NCBI GenBank assembly: GCA_041666945.1
Contig: JBAYFY010000003.1
Location: forward strand, 7,392-71,391
Direction: 5' to 3'
Length of the DNA stretch: 64,000 bases
Origin: Candidatus Buchananbacteria bacterium
Lineage (GTDB): Bacteria; Patescibacteriota; Patescibacteriia; 2-01-FULL-39-33
Within the stretch, counting starts at the first letter, position 1. Every line of letters starts with the position of its first letter. The notes below the pieces were generated by a model. It saw nothing but the letters and a program-made list of their open reading frames with translations. It searched no databases and had not been told where the DNA came from. Positions 30,760-40,302 of this stretch are shown in pieces. A program made the position numbers and the translations under genes.

Positions 30760-31773
30760 TTAAGCGTGTTCTTCATCATCAAATTTAAATCTGCTAAGAT
30801 AACCAAGAGAACCATCAAATTCCGATTCACTCAAAATCATACCCCGCGCTTCCCACTTGAAACTGGTTTCATGACTACTGCCATGAATGGCTTGGGTTTG
30901 TTGAGCGGGTACCAACCCGAAGTACTCCGCCAACTCACCGCGCTTCAGATAGCGTAAGCCATCGCGTTGTGGCGCTTGAGTCCAATGGACACGGGCCACG
31001 ATTCCGGACGGCGTCTTAATGGCGCCAAAACCGCGAGCCAAATTCCAGAATAAAACAACGGAGCGATTCGTCGCTCTTCCTTTCTCATCCGCACAATTGG
31101 AAAGCAGGGGTGACGGCTCGGGCAGTATGCCGTCTTCGCCTTGTTGCCAATCGTCAAATCGCTCGGTTAGCCAATCATTCAATTGCGGCCAATCTACGGT
31201 CGGAAAACAAACGCCGGCGCCATTCCAAACGGCCTGATGCGCGCCCAACTGCTGCAGAGTGGCAAAAAATTTTCCTTCCTGGCTGACAATGGCCGCCTGG
31301 TAAACCACGATTCGGCCAAGCGAATCAATACCAACCAGATGCAGATTATTATCCTGCGGCTTGGTGGTAAAACACTCATACTTCTCCGACCAGCCAACCG
31401 GCACCTTCCGGCTGAAGTTGGTAACGATTTCCCGACCATTATTGACAAAGCCACCAGCCCGTTTCTCCACCAACTCACCGCGGCCATCGGCCAATAGCAC
31501 CGTCCAAGGCCGGGATGATAATCCCACCGGAGTAAAAGTGGTAACGTCAAGCGTCATCCGCTGTGGGTTTTCCGGGCACTCCTCCAAGGGAATTACCTCC
31601 TTAAGCAGGGGGATGCTATAAAATGCGCCGTCAAGTGGATTTTTCGGGCACTCCTCCAAGGGAGTTACCTCCTTAAGCAGGGGAATGTTATAAAATACGC
31701 CGTCAATAAGAAATTGCGCATAAACCACGATCCCTGCTCCATCAATTTCTGGGATAATCTCTTGCTCTGCCAT
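30760..31773 (-). CDS. Hypothetical protein with an internal 24-aa duplication and a C-terminal cold-shock-like OB domain
   Basis: AAGGAG SD; VVLFWNLARGFGAIKTPSGIVARVHW resembles the cold-shock domain RNP motifs (VKWFN..KGFGFI...VFVH). Confidence 0.65.
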   Translation of the reverse strand: MAEQEIIPEIDGAGIVVYAQFLIDGVFYNIPLLKEVTPLEECPKNPLDGAFYSIPLLKEVIPLEECPENPQRMTLDVTTFTPVGLSSRPWTVLLADGRGELVEKRAGGFVNNGREIVTNFSRKVPVGWSEKYECFTTKPQDNNLHLVGIDSLGRIVVYQAAIVSQEGKFFATLQQLGAHQAVWNGAGVCFPTVDWPQLNDWLTERFDDWQQGEDGILPEPSPLLSNCADEKGRATNRSVVLFWNLARGFGAIKTPSGIVARVHWTQAPQRDGLRYLKRGELAEYFGLVPAQQTQAIHGSSHETSFKWEARGMILSESEFDGSLGYLSRFKFDDEEHA

Positions 31774-31865
31774 GATTCGTCTCCTTAGGTTGCCGGTCTA
31801 TCCCGGCCAGGTTATGGATAAAACCGCCTGACTCACATTGCCAGACAGTAATAACGCAACAAACG

Positions 31866-32120
31866 CTAACAATCGGGGCAGTAAGGTATGACATCTTCGG
31901 AAAACAATATTTCCTTCAGTTGTCTGGTTTGACCGCACTCAAAGGCGATTCTCGCTGCCGCTTGGCGATCAACAAATTCCCCGCTGTCAGTCAAAAAGCC
32001 CTGTTCGGCCTGGAGAAAAAACCCGGGCGGAGCAGAATGGGCATATTTCTGAATAATCCTGCCGTGACGGCAGGCGGTAAACATTTTTCCGTCTTTTCTA
32101 ATTGCTGCCCAAGCAATCAT
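31866..32120 (-). CDS. Small hypothetical protein resembling a phage-associated family
   Basis: AAIR..G.....RH, QGFLT..G.FVDR..A..IA...GQ, LFSED pattern; AGGAGG SD; ATGA overlap with the upstream gene. Confidence 0.65.
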   Translation of the reverse strand: MIAWAAIRKDGKMFTACRHGRIIQKYAHSAPPGFFLQAEQGFLTDSGEFVDRQAAARIAFECGQTRQLKEILFSEDVIPYCPDC

Positions 32121-32581
32121 AATTCCTCCTGTTTAATATATCGCCCCGTCGGATAACCGCCGATTTGATATTCCTCAACATACCCGGGCTTCAACCGATG
32201 ATCAATCCAAATGCCGTAGATATATTGACAACGAAAATAACTCTTATGAGCCACTTCCAACTTCCAATCAATCACCTCAAGCCAGGGTTTAGCCGATTCA
32301 AAATTATTAACGACATTCAATATCCTGGCTGCTTCAGAAGTATTGATTCCTGTGATATCTGAATAATCATACCCCCAACCCAACTGGATCCAGGAGTGAT
32401 TACCAACGGTAATCGTCTTCTCAATAGGATTAATGACTACCTGCTGCTGCTGTTCATCTGTTTGTTTCGGATCTTGAGCGCAGGAGGCGCACACGATAGC
32501 GCACATGGTCAAAACAATCATAACAACAGTAACTAAACAGGAGACGATGCCGCTCAAAATTTTCCAATCTTTACTCTTCAT
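32117..32581 (-). CDS. Hypothetical exported or membrane-anchored protein
   Basis: N-terminal hydrophobic segment ending CASC (possible lipobox); AAGGAG SD; consensus promoter upstream. Confidence 0.65.
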   Translation of the reverse strand: MKSKDWKILSGIVSCLVTVVMIVLTMCAIVCASCAQDPKQTDEQQQQVVINPIEKTITVGNHSWIQLGWGYDYSDITGINTSEAARILNVVNNFESAKPWLEVIDWKLEVAHKSYFRCQYIYGIWIDHRLKPGYVEEYQIGGYPTGRYIKQEEL

Positions 32582-32646
32582 TGTAAAGTTCTCCTTCAGC
32601 CGTTACAGCCGAATTCAACTCGGGCTGATTCCCGAATTAATGTATA

Positions 32647-32675
32647 ATTATAGCAAATTTACATATTTTTGTCAA
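32647..32675 (-). promoter_or_regulatory. Sigma70 promoter of the 32581-30760 accessory genes
   Basis: Minus strand reads TTGACA-N17-TATAAT with an extended TG. Confidence 0.85.
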
Positions 32676-32717
32676 TACCTTTATCCACAACCGCTATTTA
32701 TCTAAATTTAAATATAT

Positions 32718-32857
32718 TTCCCCGAGGCAAGCCCGAGGGAATAGTGTGACTTGCGTACTAAATAGCTCGGCAAGCCGAGCGGTATTTGACTATATTGGCG
32801 TCGCTCGCTCGGAATCCAGCGCCTTGAAGCGCTGGTTCACTCGCTCACTAGCCAATA
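32718..32857. repeat. Cluster of palindromic hairpins (MITE-like or IS200/IS605-end-like)
   Basis: TTCCCGAGGCAAGCCCGAGGGAA; AAATAGCTCGGCAAGCCGAGCGGTATTT; TATTGGC...CCAGCGCCTTGAAGCGCTGG...GCCAATA. Confidence 0.5.
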
Positions 32858-32905
32858 AAAAATCGTCTAACTAAAAAAGCCAGACGATTCTTTATAGTAT
32901 GATCT

Positions 32906-33337
32906 TTATTTGATCTTCTTCCGTAAACCGAAAAAATACACTAATGTCATTACCACCCAATAAATACCGCCAATAAGGGACAAAATCCAACCAAGAATAG
33001 GAATGACGGCGACTAAACTGCAAACAATCGGGACCAAAACCAAAATATAAAACCATTTTTTCTTGTCCTCATTAACGGCGGTAAAAGCGGCTTTATCGGT
33101 CATGCCCCAATGGTAGATATTGATTAAACTTAAAACAGCCAAAACAATGCCAATAATTGCAAAAACAACGCCAAAGATAGCCACAACGCCCATTATGGCG
33201 CCTAATCCTCCTCCCATCATGGCATCGGCGCCGGCCGGCAATTGAGCTTTGGCCGCTTCCATGGCCTGGCGTTGCAATTCTTGCAACTGCGCCGCATCAG
33301 GCATCGCTCCCGCGGTCTGTAACACGAATGCGAACAT
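32906..33337 (-). CDS. Hypothetical multi-pass membrane protein
   Basis: Three hydrophobic segments; AAAGGGGGTGA SD; terminator-like hairpin near 32857-32892. Confidence 0.7.
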   Translation of the reverse strand: MFAFVLQTAGAMPDAAQLQELQRQAMEAAKAQLPAGADAMMGGGLGAIMGVVAIFGVVFAIIGIVLAVLSLINIYHWGMTDKAAFTAVNEDKKKWFYILVLVPIVCSLVAVIPILGWILSLIGGIYWVVMTLVYFFGLRKKIK

Positions 33338-33371
33338 ATTATCACCCCCTTTCCTTTATAAATATAATTAA

Positions 33372-34262
33372 TTACAATAACCCGAACTTTTTAATATTCT
33401 CTTGGCAAATCTCCTGCATTTTTTTCAATTCCGCTTCCGCTCCGGGTTTGAATAAATGCTTGAAGCGTTTTTGCAATTTTAAAAATTCTTCTACCGGTTT
33501 CTGTTGCGTGATTTTCATTTTTCCCGACAACTCGCCGTTAATATATTCCACAATCGGGTAATAACCCGTCTGCACAGCCAGTTTAGCGACATTAACCGTG
33601 TCTTTGGGATTTATCCCCCAGCCCGGCACGCACGGCACATAAAGTTGCAAATATTTCGGCCCCTTAACGCTTAGCGCTTTTTTAACTTTAGCGATTAAGT
33701 CAGCGGGATAACCCACGGTAGCCGTGGCCACATAAGGCACGTGATGCGCCAAAGCAATGGCGATCATATCTTTCTTGCGCGTCGGATTGCCAAAAGATTC
33801 TTTGCCGGCCGGAGCGGTAGTGGTGTTAGCATCAAGCGGCGTTGAGCCGGATGTCTGATAGCCGGTGTTTTGGTAGGCCTCATTATCGTAACAGACATAC
33901 AGAATATTATCGCCTCGTTCCCACATGCCGGAGATATGCCCCAGGCCGATATCAAAAGTCGCGCCGTCGCCGCCGACCGCCACCACATTAACATTTTCTT
34001 GACCCTGCTTTTTTAAGGCGGCCAGAACACCGGTCGCCAAACAAGCGGAATTTTCAAATAATGAATGAATCCAGGGGATCTTAAAACTGGTCATGGGATA
34101 TTGCGTGGTTGTTACTTCGCTGCAACCGGTGGCGTTAGTCATAATGCTGTTTGGGCCGATGGTATCGGTCAACAATCTGGAGGCGATAATCATGCCGCAG
34201 CCGGCGCAAGCCGAGTGTCCAGGATTTAAAATATGCGATAATGGCGCTTTATATTTTTTCAT
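33372..34262 (-). CDS. porB: Pyruvate/2-oxoacid:ferredoxin oxidoreductase beta subunit (TPP-binding)
   Basis: GHSACAGCG, GGDGATFDIG...YDNEAYQNTG, VPCVPGW. The start is trimmed to MKKYKAP. Confidence 0.95.
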   Translation of the reverse strand: MKKYKAPLSHILNPGHSACAGCGMIIASRLLTDTIGPNSIMTNATGCSEVTTTQYPMTSFKIPWIHSLFENSACLATGVLAALKKQGQENVNVVAVGGDGATFDIGLGHISGMWERGDNILYVCYDNEAYQNTGYQTSGSTPLDANTTTAPAGKESFGNPTRKKDMIAIALAHHVPYVATATVGYPADLIAKVKKALSVKGPKYLQLYVPCVPGWGINPKDTVNVAKLAVQTGYYPIVEYINGELSGKMKITQQKPVEEFLKLQKRFKHLFKPGAEAELKKMQEICQENIKKFGLL

Positions 34263-34266
34263 AAAA

Positions 34267-35400
34267 TTATTTTCCCACAAAAATTGTTTGCTCTTTGGCG
34301 GTTCTGGCCAAGTCAATCGTCTGCTTAATCATCTCTTTGGTAATGTCGCGGCCGCCCAGACCCATAATCGCGCCCACGATCTTGGCTTGGCTCCGGCCAT
34401 AGAAAGCGCGGCGGAGTTCTCCGGCCAAAATTCCTTCCTCGCCGAGCGATACTGATTTGTCAACCACTAAAATATATTTTTTCCGGCCGATCAATTTCAA
34501 TAATTCTTCCGTTGGGAAGGGCCGCAAACTGGTGACTTTAACCACTCCGACGGCGTTTTTTTGTTCCAATTCATCCACGGCTTCCTTAATCGTCCCCAAA
34601 ACGGAGCCCATGGCCACTACGACCGTATCGGCATTTTTACCGCCATAATAATCAACCAAAGAAAGCGCGCGGCCAAAAACTTTCTTAAACTCTGCCATCT
34701 CTTTGGCGATTAATTTTTTGCTGGCCGCCAAATCATCATGCAACTCCTGCCTGATCTCCATATAATGCGCCGGCGTGGCGAAAGCGCCGAAGGTCAGAGG
34801 ATTTTTGACAGCTAATTTTTCGGCCGGTTTGAAAGCCGGCAAATATTTTTTAATCAATTTCGGTTCGGCGATATCCACCGGCTCCACCGTATGAGTCAAA
34901 ACAAAACCGTCCAAATTCACCATTACCGGAATCAGGCACTGCTCGGCGATTTTAAAAGCCAACAGATGCAAATCGCAAGTTTCCTGATTATCTTCGCCAT
35001 AAAGCATGATCCAACCGGCATCGCGCATAGTTACGGCGTCCTGCTGATCATTCCAAATATTTATCGGCGCGGAAACGGCGCGATTGGCATCAGTCATGAC
35101 AATCGGCAAACGCATGCCCGCGGCATTGAATATCACTTCGGTCATAAGCAACAACCCTTGCGAGGAAGTGGCGGTATAAGTCCGGGCGCCGGCGGCTGAA
35201 GCGCCGATTAAAATAGACAGCGCGGCGAATTCGCTTTCCGCGCGGATATACTCGTAATCCGCCTCGCCGTCGGCTTTGAGCTTGGCCAAATCCTCAACAA
35301 TATGCGTCTGAGGCGTAATCGGATAGGCCGAAATCACATCAACGCCGATATTTCTAATTGTCTCCGCGATCGCCCGCGATCCTTCTAATATTTTTTTCAT
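34267..35400 (-). CDS. porA: Pyruvate/2-oxoacid:ferredoxin oxidoreductase alpha subunit
   Basis: AYPITPQT, ESEFAA, TATSSQGL, GLGGRD. Confidence 0.95.
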   Translation of the reverse strand: MKKILEGSRAIAETIRNIGVDVISAYPITPQTHIVEDLAKLKADGEADYEYIRAESEFAALSILIGASAAGARTYTATSSQGLLLMTEVIFNAAGMRLPIVMTDANRAVSAPINIWNDQQDAVTMRDAGWIMLYGEDNQETCDLHLLAFKIAEQCLIPVMVNLDGFVLTHTVEPVDIAEPKLIKKYLPAFKPAEKLAVKNPLTFGAFATPAHYMEIRQELHDDLAASKKLIAKEMAEFKKVFGRALSLVDYYGGKNADTVVVAMGSVLGTIKEAVDELEQKNAVGVVKVTSLRPFPTEELLKLIGRKKYILVVDKSVSLGEEGILAGELRRAFYGRSQAKIVGAIMGLGGRDITKEMIKQTIDLARTAKEQTIFVGK

Positions 35401-35401
35401 A

Positions 35402-35677
35402 TTATTTTCTTTCCTCTCGCATAATTATGGCTTTAACCGGACAAACCTCGGCGCATAAGCCGCAACCCTTGCAATAATCTAAGTCCTTTTCATAAAAAAA
35501 CTTACCGGCTGAATTCTTCTCGCCGACTTTGAAACAAATTCCTTCCGGACAAATCAAATCGCATTGTCCGCAGCCGATGCATTTTTCATGATCAATCTCC
35601 GGATAATGCTGCTCGCGCCAGTTGCCGGTTTTGACCTGGCTGGTGGTGCCCGGTTTAGCGGTTAGCGGTAATTTCAT
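35402..35677 (-). CDS. porD: Pyruvate:ferredoxin oxidoreductase delta subunit (2x[4Fe-4S])
   Basis: KTGNWR, CIGCGQCDLICP, DYCKGCGLCAEVCP. Confidence 0.95.
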   Translation of the reverse strand: MKLPLTAKPGTTSQVKTGNWREQHYPEIDHEKCIGCGQCDLICPEGICFKVGEKNSAGKFFYEKDLDYCKGCGLCAEVCPVKAIIMREERK

Positions 35678-35705
35678 AAGCTATGATGAATAGATTATTT
35701 ATAAA

Positions 35706-36248
35706 TTAATTGTTGGCTATGACCTCAAAGCCCCTTTTGGCGGCGGCGATATTTTTTTCCGCGATTTCTCCTTCAAACCTTTCGGCAATGGCGCGTTCAA
35801 TCGCCGGTAATTTTATCAGCCCGGTCAGGCCGGCAAAAGCGCCCAAAAAAATCGTATTGATAATCGGCTTGCCGATTACTTCCAACGCCAAACCCGAAGC
35901 GTTAATGGTTTTAACCCTCACTCCGGCCGGCACTTTCAACTCCCCTAACGGTTTGGAAGAATTGATCAGGACAATGGAACCGTTCTTTAAGTCGCTTAAA
36001 ATTTTTTCATCCGTCAGCAAAGTCGGATCTTGAACAATCGCGTAATCCGGCGAGTACACCTGACTGCGCAAACGGATCGGTTTGTTATCCAAACGCACGA
36101 AAGCCATCACCGGCGCGCCGCGCCGTTCCACGCCGAAACTGGGAAAGGCCTGCGCCTCCTGACCGGAATAAAAAGCGGCTTCCGCCAAAAGTTCCGCCAA
36201 AGTGACTGATCCCTGGCCGCCGCGGCCGTGTATTCTGATTTCCGTCAT
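35706..36248 (-). CDS. porC: Pyruvate:ferredoxin oxidoreductase gamma subunit
   Basis: EIRIHGRGGQG, FGVERRGAPV, PIINT. Confidence 0.95.
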   Translation of the reverse strand: MTEIRIHGRGGQGSVTLAELLAEAAFYSGQEAQAFPSFGVERRGAPVMAFVRLDNKPIRLRSQVYSPDYAIVQDPTLLTDEKILSDLKNGSIVLINSSKPLGELKVPAGVRVKTINASGLALEVIGKPIINTIFLGAFAGLTGLIKLPAIERAIAERFEGEIAEKNIAAAKRGFEVIANN

Positions 36249-36250
36249 AA

Positions 36251-37117
36251 TTATTTGATGCTTTTATATAGTTTAATCAATTCTTCCCATTTAGCCAAAG
36301 GAACCGCTCCCTCTAACTTCTTGCCGTTAACATAAAATGTCGGCGTGCCGCGCGCGCCCAAATCCAGAGCGTCAGCGATATCCTCTATCACTTTTGACTG
36401 ATATTTCAATGACGTCAGGCAGTTATTGAATTTCGCCAAGTTAAGACCCGAGGCCTTGATGATGGCGTTGAATTCCTCCTCGTTATTGAAGTTGCCTTGC
36501 TGAAGGAACAAGCGGTCATGGAGCGGCCAGAACTTGCCTTGTTCTTGGGCGCAATAACCGGCTTGCGCCAATATCATGGAGTCGTCGCCCTTGACCGGAT
36601 AATTGCGGAAGATAAACAGAATGTCTTGCTCGTATTTATTGGCAATGGTTCGGATAACGGAAAATTCTTCCTGGCAAACGGAGCATTGAAAATCGGCGAA
36701 CTCCACGATCACCAGTTTAGCGTTGATATTTCCCAAATACGGCCGGTCCGTCTTTTCCGCTTTCTGCCGCGCCGGGTCTTTCTCCGTGGAAGAACTGACG
36801 CTAACAGCCGCGGCCGCAGTCGCGTTATTAATAGTGGAACTGACGATGTTTGCAAACAGCGCTTCGGTGGCGGTTGACTGGGTCATGACGCCGCTGGGAA
36901 TCTGATCTAATAATTGTTCTAATAGCGGATTGCCCGCCAAAGTTTTCTCGCCTTCAGCTTGTCCGGCAAAGTCCAGCACTTCACGCAGCTGCCGTTCCCG
37001 CGAGGCCACTTCAACGACTACCAGAGAAAAAAAACCAAGCAGCGCCAAGCTGGCTACGCCAAGTAAAATTATTTTCCACCAGTGGCGGCGGCGGTTGTCA
37101 ATCGGCTGATAATCCAT
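36251..37117 (-). CDS. Membrane-anchored DsbA-family thioredoxin-fold oxidoreductase
   Basis: TM anchor; EFADFQCSVC (CxxC); FRNYP; GTPTFYVNG cis-Pro loop. Confidence 0.92.
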   Translation of the reverse strand: MDYQPIDNRRRHWWKIILLGVASLALLGFFSLVVVEVASRERQLREVLDFAGQAEGEKTLAGNPLLEQLLDQIPSGVMTQSTATEALFANIVSSTINNATAAAAVSVSSSTEKDPARQKAEKTDRPYLGNINAKLVIVEFADFQCSVCQEEFSVIRTIANKYEQDILFIFRNYPVKGDDSMILAQAGYCAQEQGKFWPLHDRLFLQQGNFNNEEEFNAIIKASGLNLAKFNNCLTSLKYQSKVIEDIADALDLGARGTPTFYVNGKKLEGAVPLAKWEELIKLYKSIK

Positions 37118-37212
37118 AATCGCTATTCTGATTATAGCAATTTATGCTCCTAATTGCCACCTCTTGCTTTTTCCGGCTCAAGAGCTATAATTCATAAATA
37201 ATCCATAAAACT

Positions 37213-37407
37213 ATGCCAAACCCGGAAAACAACGACAGGGGCCGCTTCGTTTATACCAGAAAAAACGGCGAAAAAATATATGAGGCCACGCCGGCGCCCG
37301 AACAGCCCGGTCAAGTGGAAACGCCCGAATGGGAAAAAGATTTCCATCAAAAATACAGCGGGATTGGTTCTGATTTAAAAAGAAAAAATAAAACCGTTAA
37401 CGATTAA
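37213..37407 (+). CDS. Small hypothetical protein
   Basis: 64-aa ORF in an intergenic gap, with TTGCTT...TATAAT upstream. Confidence 0.5.
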   Translation: MPNPENNDRGRFVYTRKNGEKIYEATPAPEQPGQVETPEWEKDFHQKYSGIGSDLKRKNKTVND

Positions 37408-37452
37408 CCGGAAAACACTCTCCATACGGCTGCGAAAAATCCTCTTGGCAAA

Positions 37453-38652
37453 TCAAGAGGATTTTTTGTTTTTTGATTGAAGCAAAGGCAAATCAACCAG
37501 CCGACCAAACAACCAGCCCAAAAGCAATAAACCGGCGAGCCAAAGAACGGTTAATGACGCCGGAGGCAAAAATTCCAGCCACTCGCTGTAACGGCTGATG
37601 AGCGGCCAATGCAACAGATAAATTTCAAAAGAATAAACGCCGAAAATTTCCAACAGGACGAACTTGGTTTTTTTTAAAATAAAAATTAGCGCCAGGCACA
37701 GCATGGTAAACAGAGCGAACAATTGCTCGCGCCAAATCCCCTGGCCCACCCCAGAATAGTATGCGGTATAAATAGCGGCGGCCGCAAGAATTATTATCAG
37801 ACCCAATCGCCCATAATTAGGCCAGGATTTAAGATAAAGCAAAAATTCCGCCAAGGGCTTTCTCTCTTTTGCTCTCTCCAGCCAAGACCTGAATTTTCTT
37901 GCCGCCAGCCAAGGCCAGCAGCGATCACGACGGGAGCATGACTGGCAAATCTCCCGAGAGGAAACTAAAAACACGGCGGACAAAACACCCAAAGGAAACG
38001 CCAAAAAATGCGTCTGGTAAAATTTCAAAACCTGTTCGGACACGGGCCAACCGGGCCAAAGCGCCAAAAAGCTTATCGCGGCAATCAGCGCTACGGAAAG
38101 CCGCGGGTGCCGAGGCCGAAAAACGACAGGAAACAATAAATAATAAAATATCAGCGGCGTCAGAAACCATAACGGCGAATTGAGCGAGGTCCACAAATTG
38201 GCCGTCGGAAAAAACCCGGCGAAAGAAAAAACAATCTCTTTCAGCGGATAAAAACGGTTGAGCAACCAGGCATCCAAACCCAAAACCAAAACCAAAGACA
38301 GCCACAAGGGCCAATAAATTTTCACTATCCGCTTCTTGTAAAACTGCCTAAACGGCTTCGGCCGATAAATAGCCGAGGCGGCCAAGCCGTAACCGGACAA
38401 AAAGAAAAACAAATTGACCGCCACGCCGCCCCAAATTCCTAAGGGGAACAAAAAATCAGTGCCATAAAACTGGCCATAAGTCAGATGGGCAAAAATTACA
38501 CCCAAAATCGCCAAGCCGCGCAATTCATTGGATACTTCCTTGGGCAAGGGAGCGCTAACGGTCTTGCGGCGCGCCGAAATAAAAATCGCCGCGCCCAAAA
38601 TCGCTATAAAGATAGCGGTTTGGCCGGCGAAATAATTATTGGATAAAATCAT
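37453..38652 (-). CDS. Acyltransferase-3 (OafA-like) membrane O-acyltransferase
   Basis: LRGLAILGVIFAH, VNLFFFLSGYGL, KKRIVKIY, LWFL, GVYSFEIYLLH. Confidence 0.9.
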   Translation of the reverse strand: MILSNNYFAGQTAIFIAILGAAIFISARRKTVSAPLPKEVSNELRGLAILGVIFAHLTYGQFYGTDFLFPLGIWGGVAVNLFFFLSGYGLAASAIYRPKPFRQFYKKRIVKIYWPLWLSLVLVLGLDAWLLNRFYPLKEIVFSFAGFFPTANLWTSLNSPLWFLTPLIFYYLLFPVVFRPRHPRLSVALIAAISFLALWPGWPVSEQVLKFYQTHFLAFPLGVLSAVFLVSSREICQSCSRRDRCWPWLAARKFRSWLERAKERKPLAEFLLYLKSWPNYGRLGLIIILAAAAIYTAYYSGVGQGIWREQLFALFTMLCLALIFILKKTKFVLLEIFGVYSFEIYLLHWPLISRYSEWLEFLPPASLTVLWLAGLLLLGWLFGRLVDLPLLQSKNKKSS

Positions 38653-39382
38653 AAATCAAATCAGCCCATAAGGCATAGCCCTTGTCCGAGGGGTGAAATC
38701 TGTCCGGCGAATAAACGCCGGAGTCGGCGGTTTGGTCGCCGTTAAACGGTTTGGTCGAGGCGCTATGCAAATCAATTAATTCCACTCCGGCGGTTTGCGC
38801 CACTTCGGCGATAATCGCGTTATACTCCTTAAGCTTCCACTCAAAATACCAATTGTAAGGCGGCAACACCAAATCCCTGGCGCCCAAATAGGGCAGGTTG
38901 ATCAGATATATCCGCGCTTGGGTGGTTTGTTGCAATGATCTGACTGCCGTTTCCAGATTGCTCTGGAATTTTTCCCGGGGCACGAAATTATGCAGATCGT
39001 TGGTGCCGATAAACAAGGTAATCATCTGGGGCTGCATTTGTCCGGCATCAATGATTTGGCCGGTCAAAATATCAAAACTGGTGGCTCCGGGCACGCCCAA
39101 ATTATTGACAATGACCTGCACTCCGGCGGCCGCGGCTATTTTTTGCGCCAAAGACCCGGGCAGAGAAGCGGCGGCGGAAGTCGCCCCGACGCCGGCCGTC
39201 AAAGAATCGCCTATGGCCACATAAGTCATTCTTTGCCCTTTTTCTTCAGTCATATAGTTTTTTTCTTCCGGCGGCGCTATTAATTCAAATTTGGAATAAA
39301 CATAAGCATAAGCGCGATTGAGGTATAAACCGACAACCGCCGCGATGATCAGAAAAATAATTATATTCTTGGGCTTAGCCAT
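38636..39382 (-). CDS. Membrane-anchored SGNH/GDSL hydrolase
   Basis: GDSLTAG, NLGVPGA, IGTND, DRFHP. Confidence 0.92.
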   Translation of the reverse strand: MAKPKNIIIFLIIAAVVGLYLNRAYAYVYSKFELIAPPEEKNYMTEEKGQRMTYVAIGDSLTAGVGATSAAASLPGSLAQKIAAAAGVQVIVNNLGVPGATSFDILTGQIIDAGQMQPQMITLFIGTNDLHNFVPREKFQSNLETAVRSLQQTTQARIYLINLPYLGARDLVLPPYNWYFEWKLKEYNAIIAEVAQTAGVELIDLHSASTKPFNGDQTADSGVYSPDRFHPSDKGYALWADLIYDFIQ

Positions 39383-39481
39383 GATTTCATCTTAGCAAAT
39401 TGAGGGCAAAAAAACAAAAACCGACAGAATAAAAAACGTTGCCGTAAAAGGCAACGTAATTGGCCGATCTTAATTAAATGA

Positions 39482-40135
39482 TCAGGTAATTATTGTAGCT
39501 AAAGACCGCAGTTCGATTAAGGCCTTGTCTCGCATCTGGATAAATTCCGATTTGAGTTGGGGAGACAACTCCGATTCCAAATCGGCATTATTATAAATGC
39601 AGCATAATGCTGAAAAAACAAGCCTAAGTTCATCAGTTCTCATTGACAAAATGATTGTTGTAACATCACTGTTATAGAACTTTTGCGTTTTTTGTTCAAT
39701 TGTTCTCAATAAACTTTGCCGGATAGTCGCATCAGCATCAATCTCCGCTAATTCCGGATCATCCTTCCGATCATTATTGCGACTGGCGCAAATAAGCATG
39801 ATATCGGAAACAATCATTAATTCTTCCAAAGTGCTGGCCGTTTTAACCAGGGAATCTATAATGACTCGCTCCCAATCCCGGCCTGAATAAACTTTCCGAT
39901 AAAGCTTGTGCCAATCGGAAAAAGAACTGGCAGTTTCCATTAAGCGATGCTTAAGCGGATCGGTAAACAAATCAAAATCGCCGAAATTAGAATGAAAATG
40001 TTCCAGATATGCTTCCAAATCGGCAAAAGTCAAATTCTTCAAAAAACTTTCAATTGAAATAAAGCGCTTCTCGGCAATCTTGTAAGCCATTCTCAAACCG
40101 ACCAAATCAACCAGCCGCTTAACGCTCATAGCCAT
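39482..40135 (-). CDS. Hypothetical protein
   Basis: 217-aa ORF with AAGGAG SD and a downstream hairpin (39431-39457); no motif recognised. Confidence 0.6.
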   Translation of the reverse strand: MAMSVKRLVDLVGLRMAYKIAEKRFISIESFLKNLTFADLEAYLEHFHSNFGDFDLFTDPLKHRLMETASSFSDWHKLYRKVYSGRDWERVIIDSLVKTASTLEELMIVSDIMLICASRNNDRKDDPELAEIDADATIRQSLLRTIEQKTQKFYNSDVTTIILSMRTDELRLVFSALCCIYNNADLESELSPQLKSEFIQMRDKALIELRSLATIIT

Positions 40136-40302
40136 GATGCGTCTCCTTTTGTTGCGAGGAACTATCCGTTATCCTCTGTTTTAATGTGCCAACATGCCGG
40201 AATCAATGCAATCATCGTATATTACTAAATGGCAATGATTATGTCAAGGCCGGATTGAACAAAAATTACCAACAGGCGGAATCCGGGGGAACTTTATTCG
40301 GT

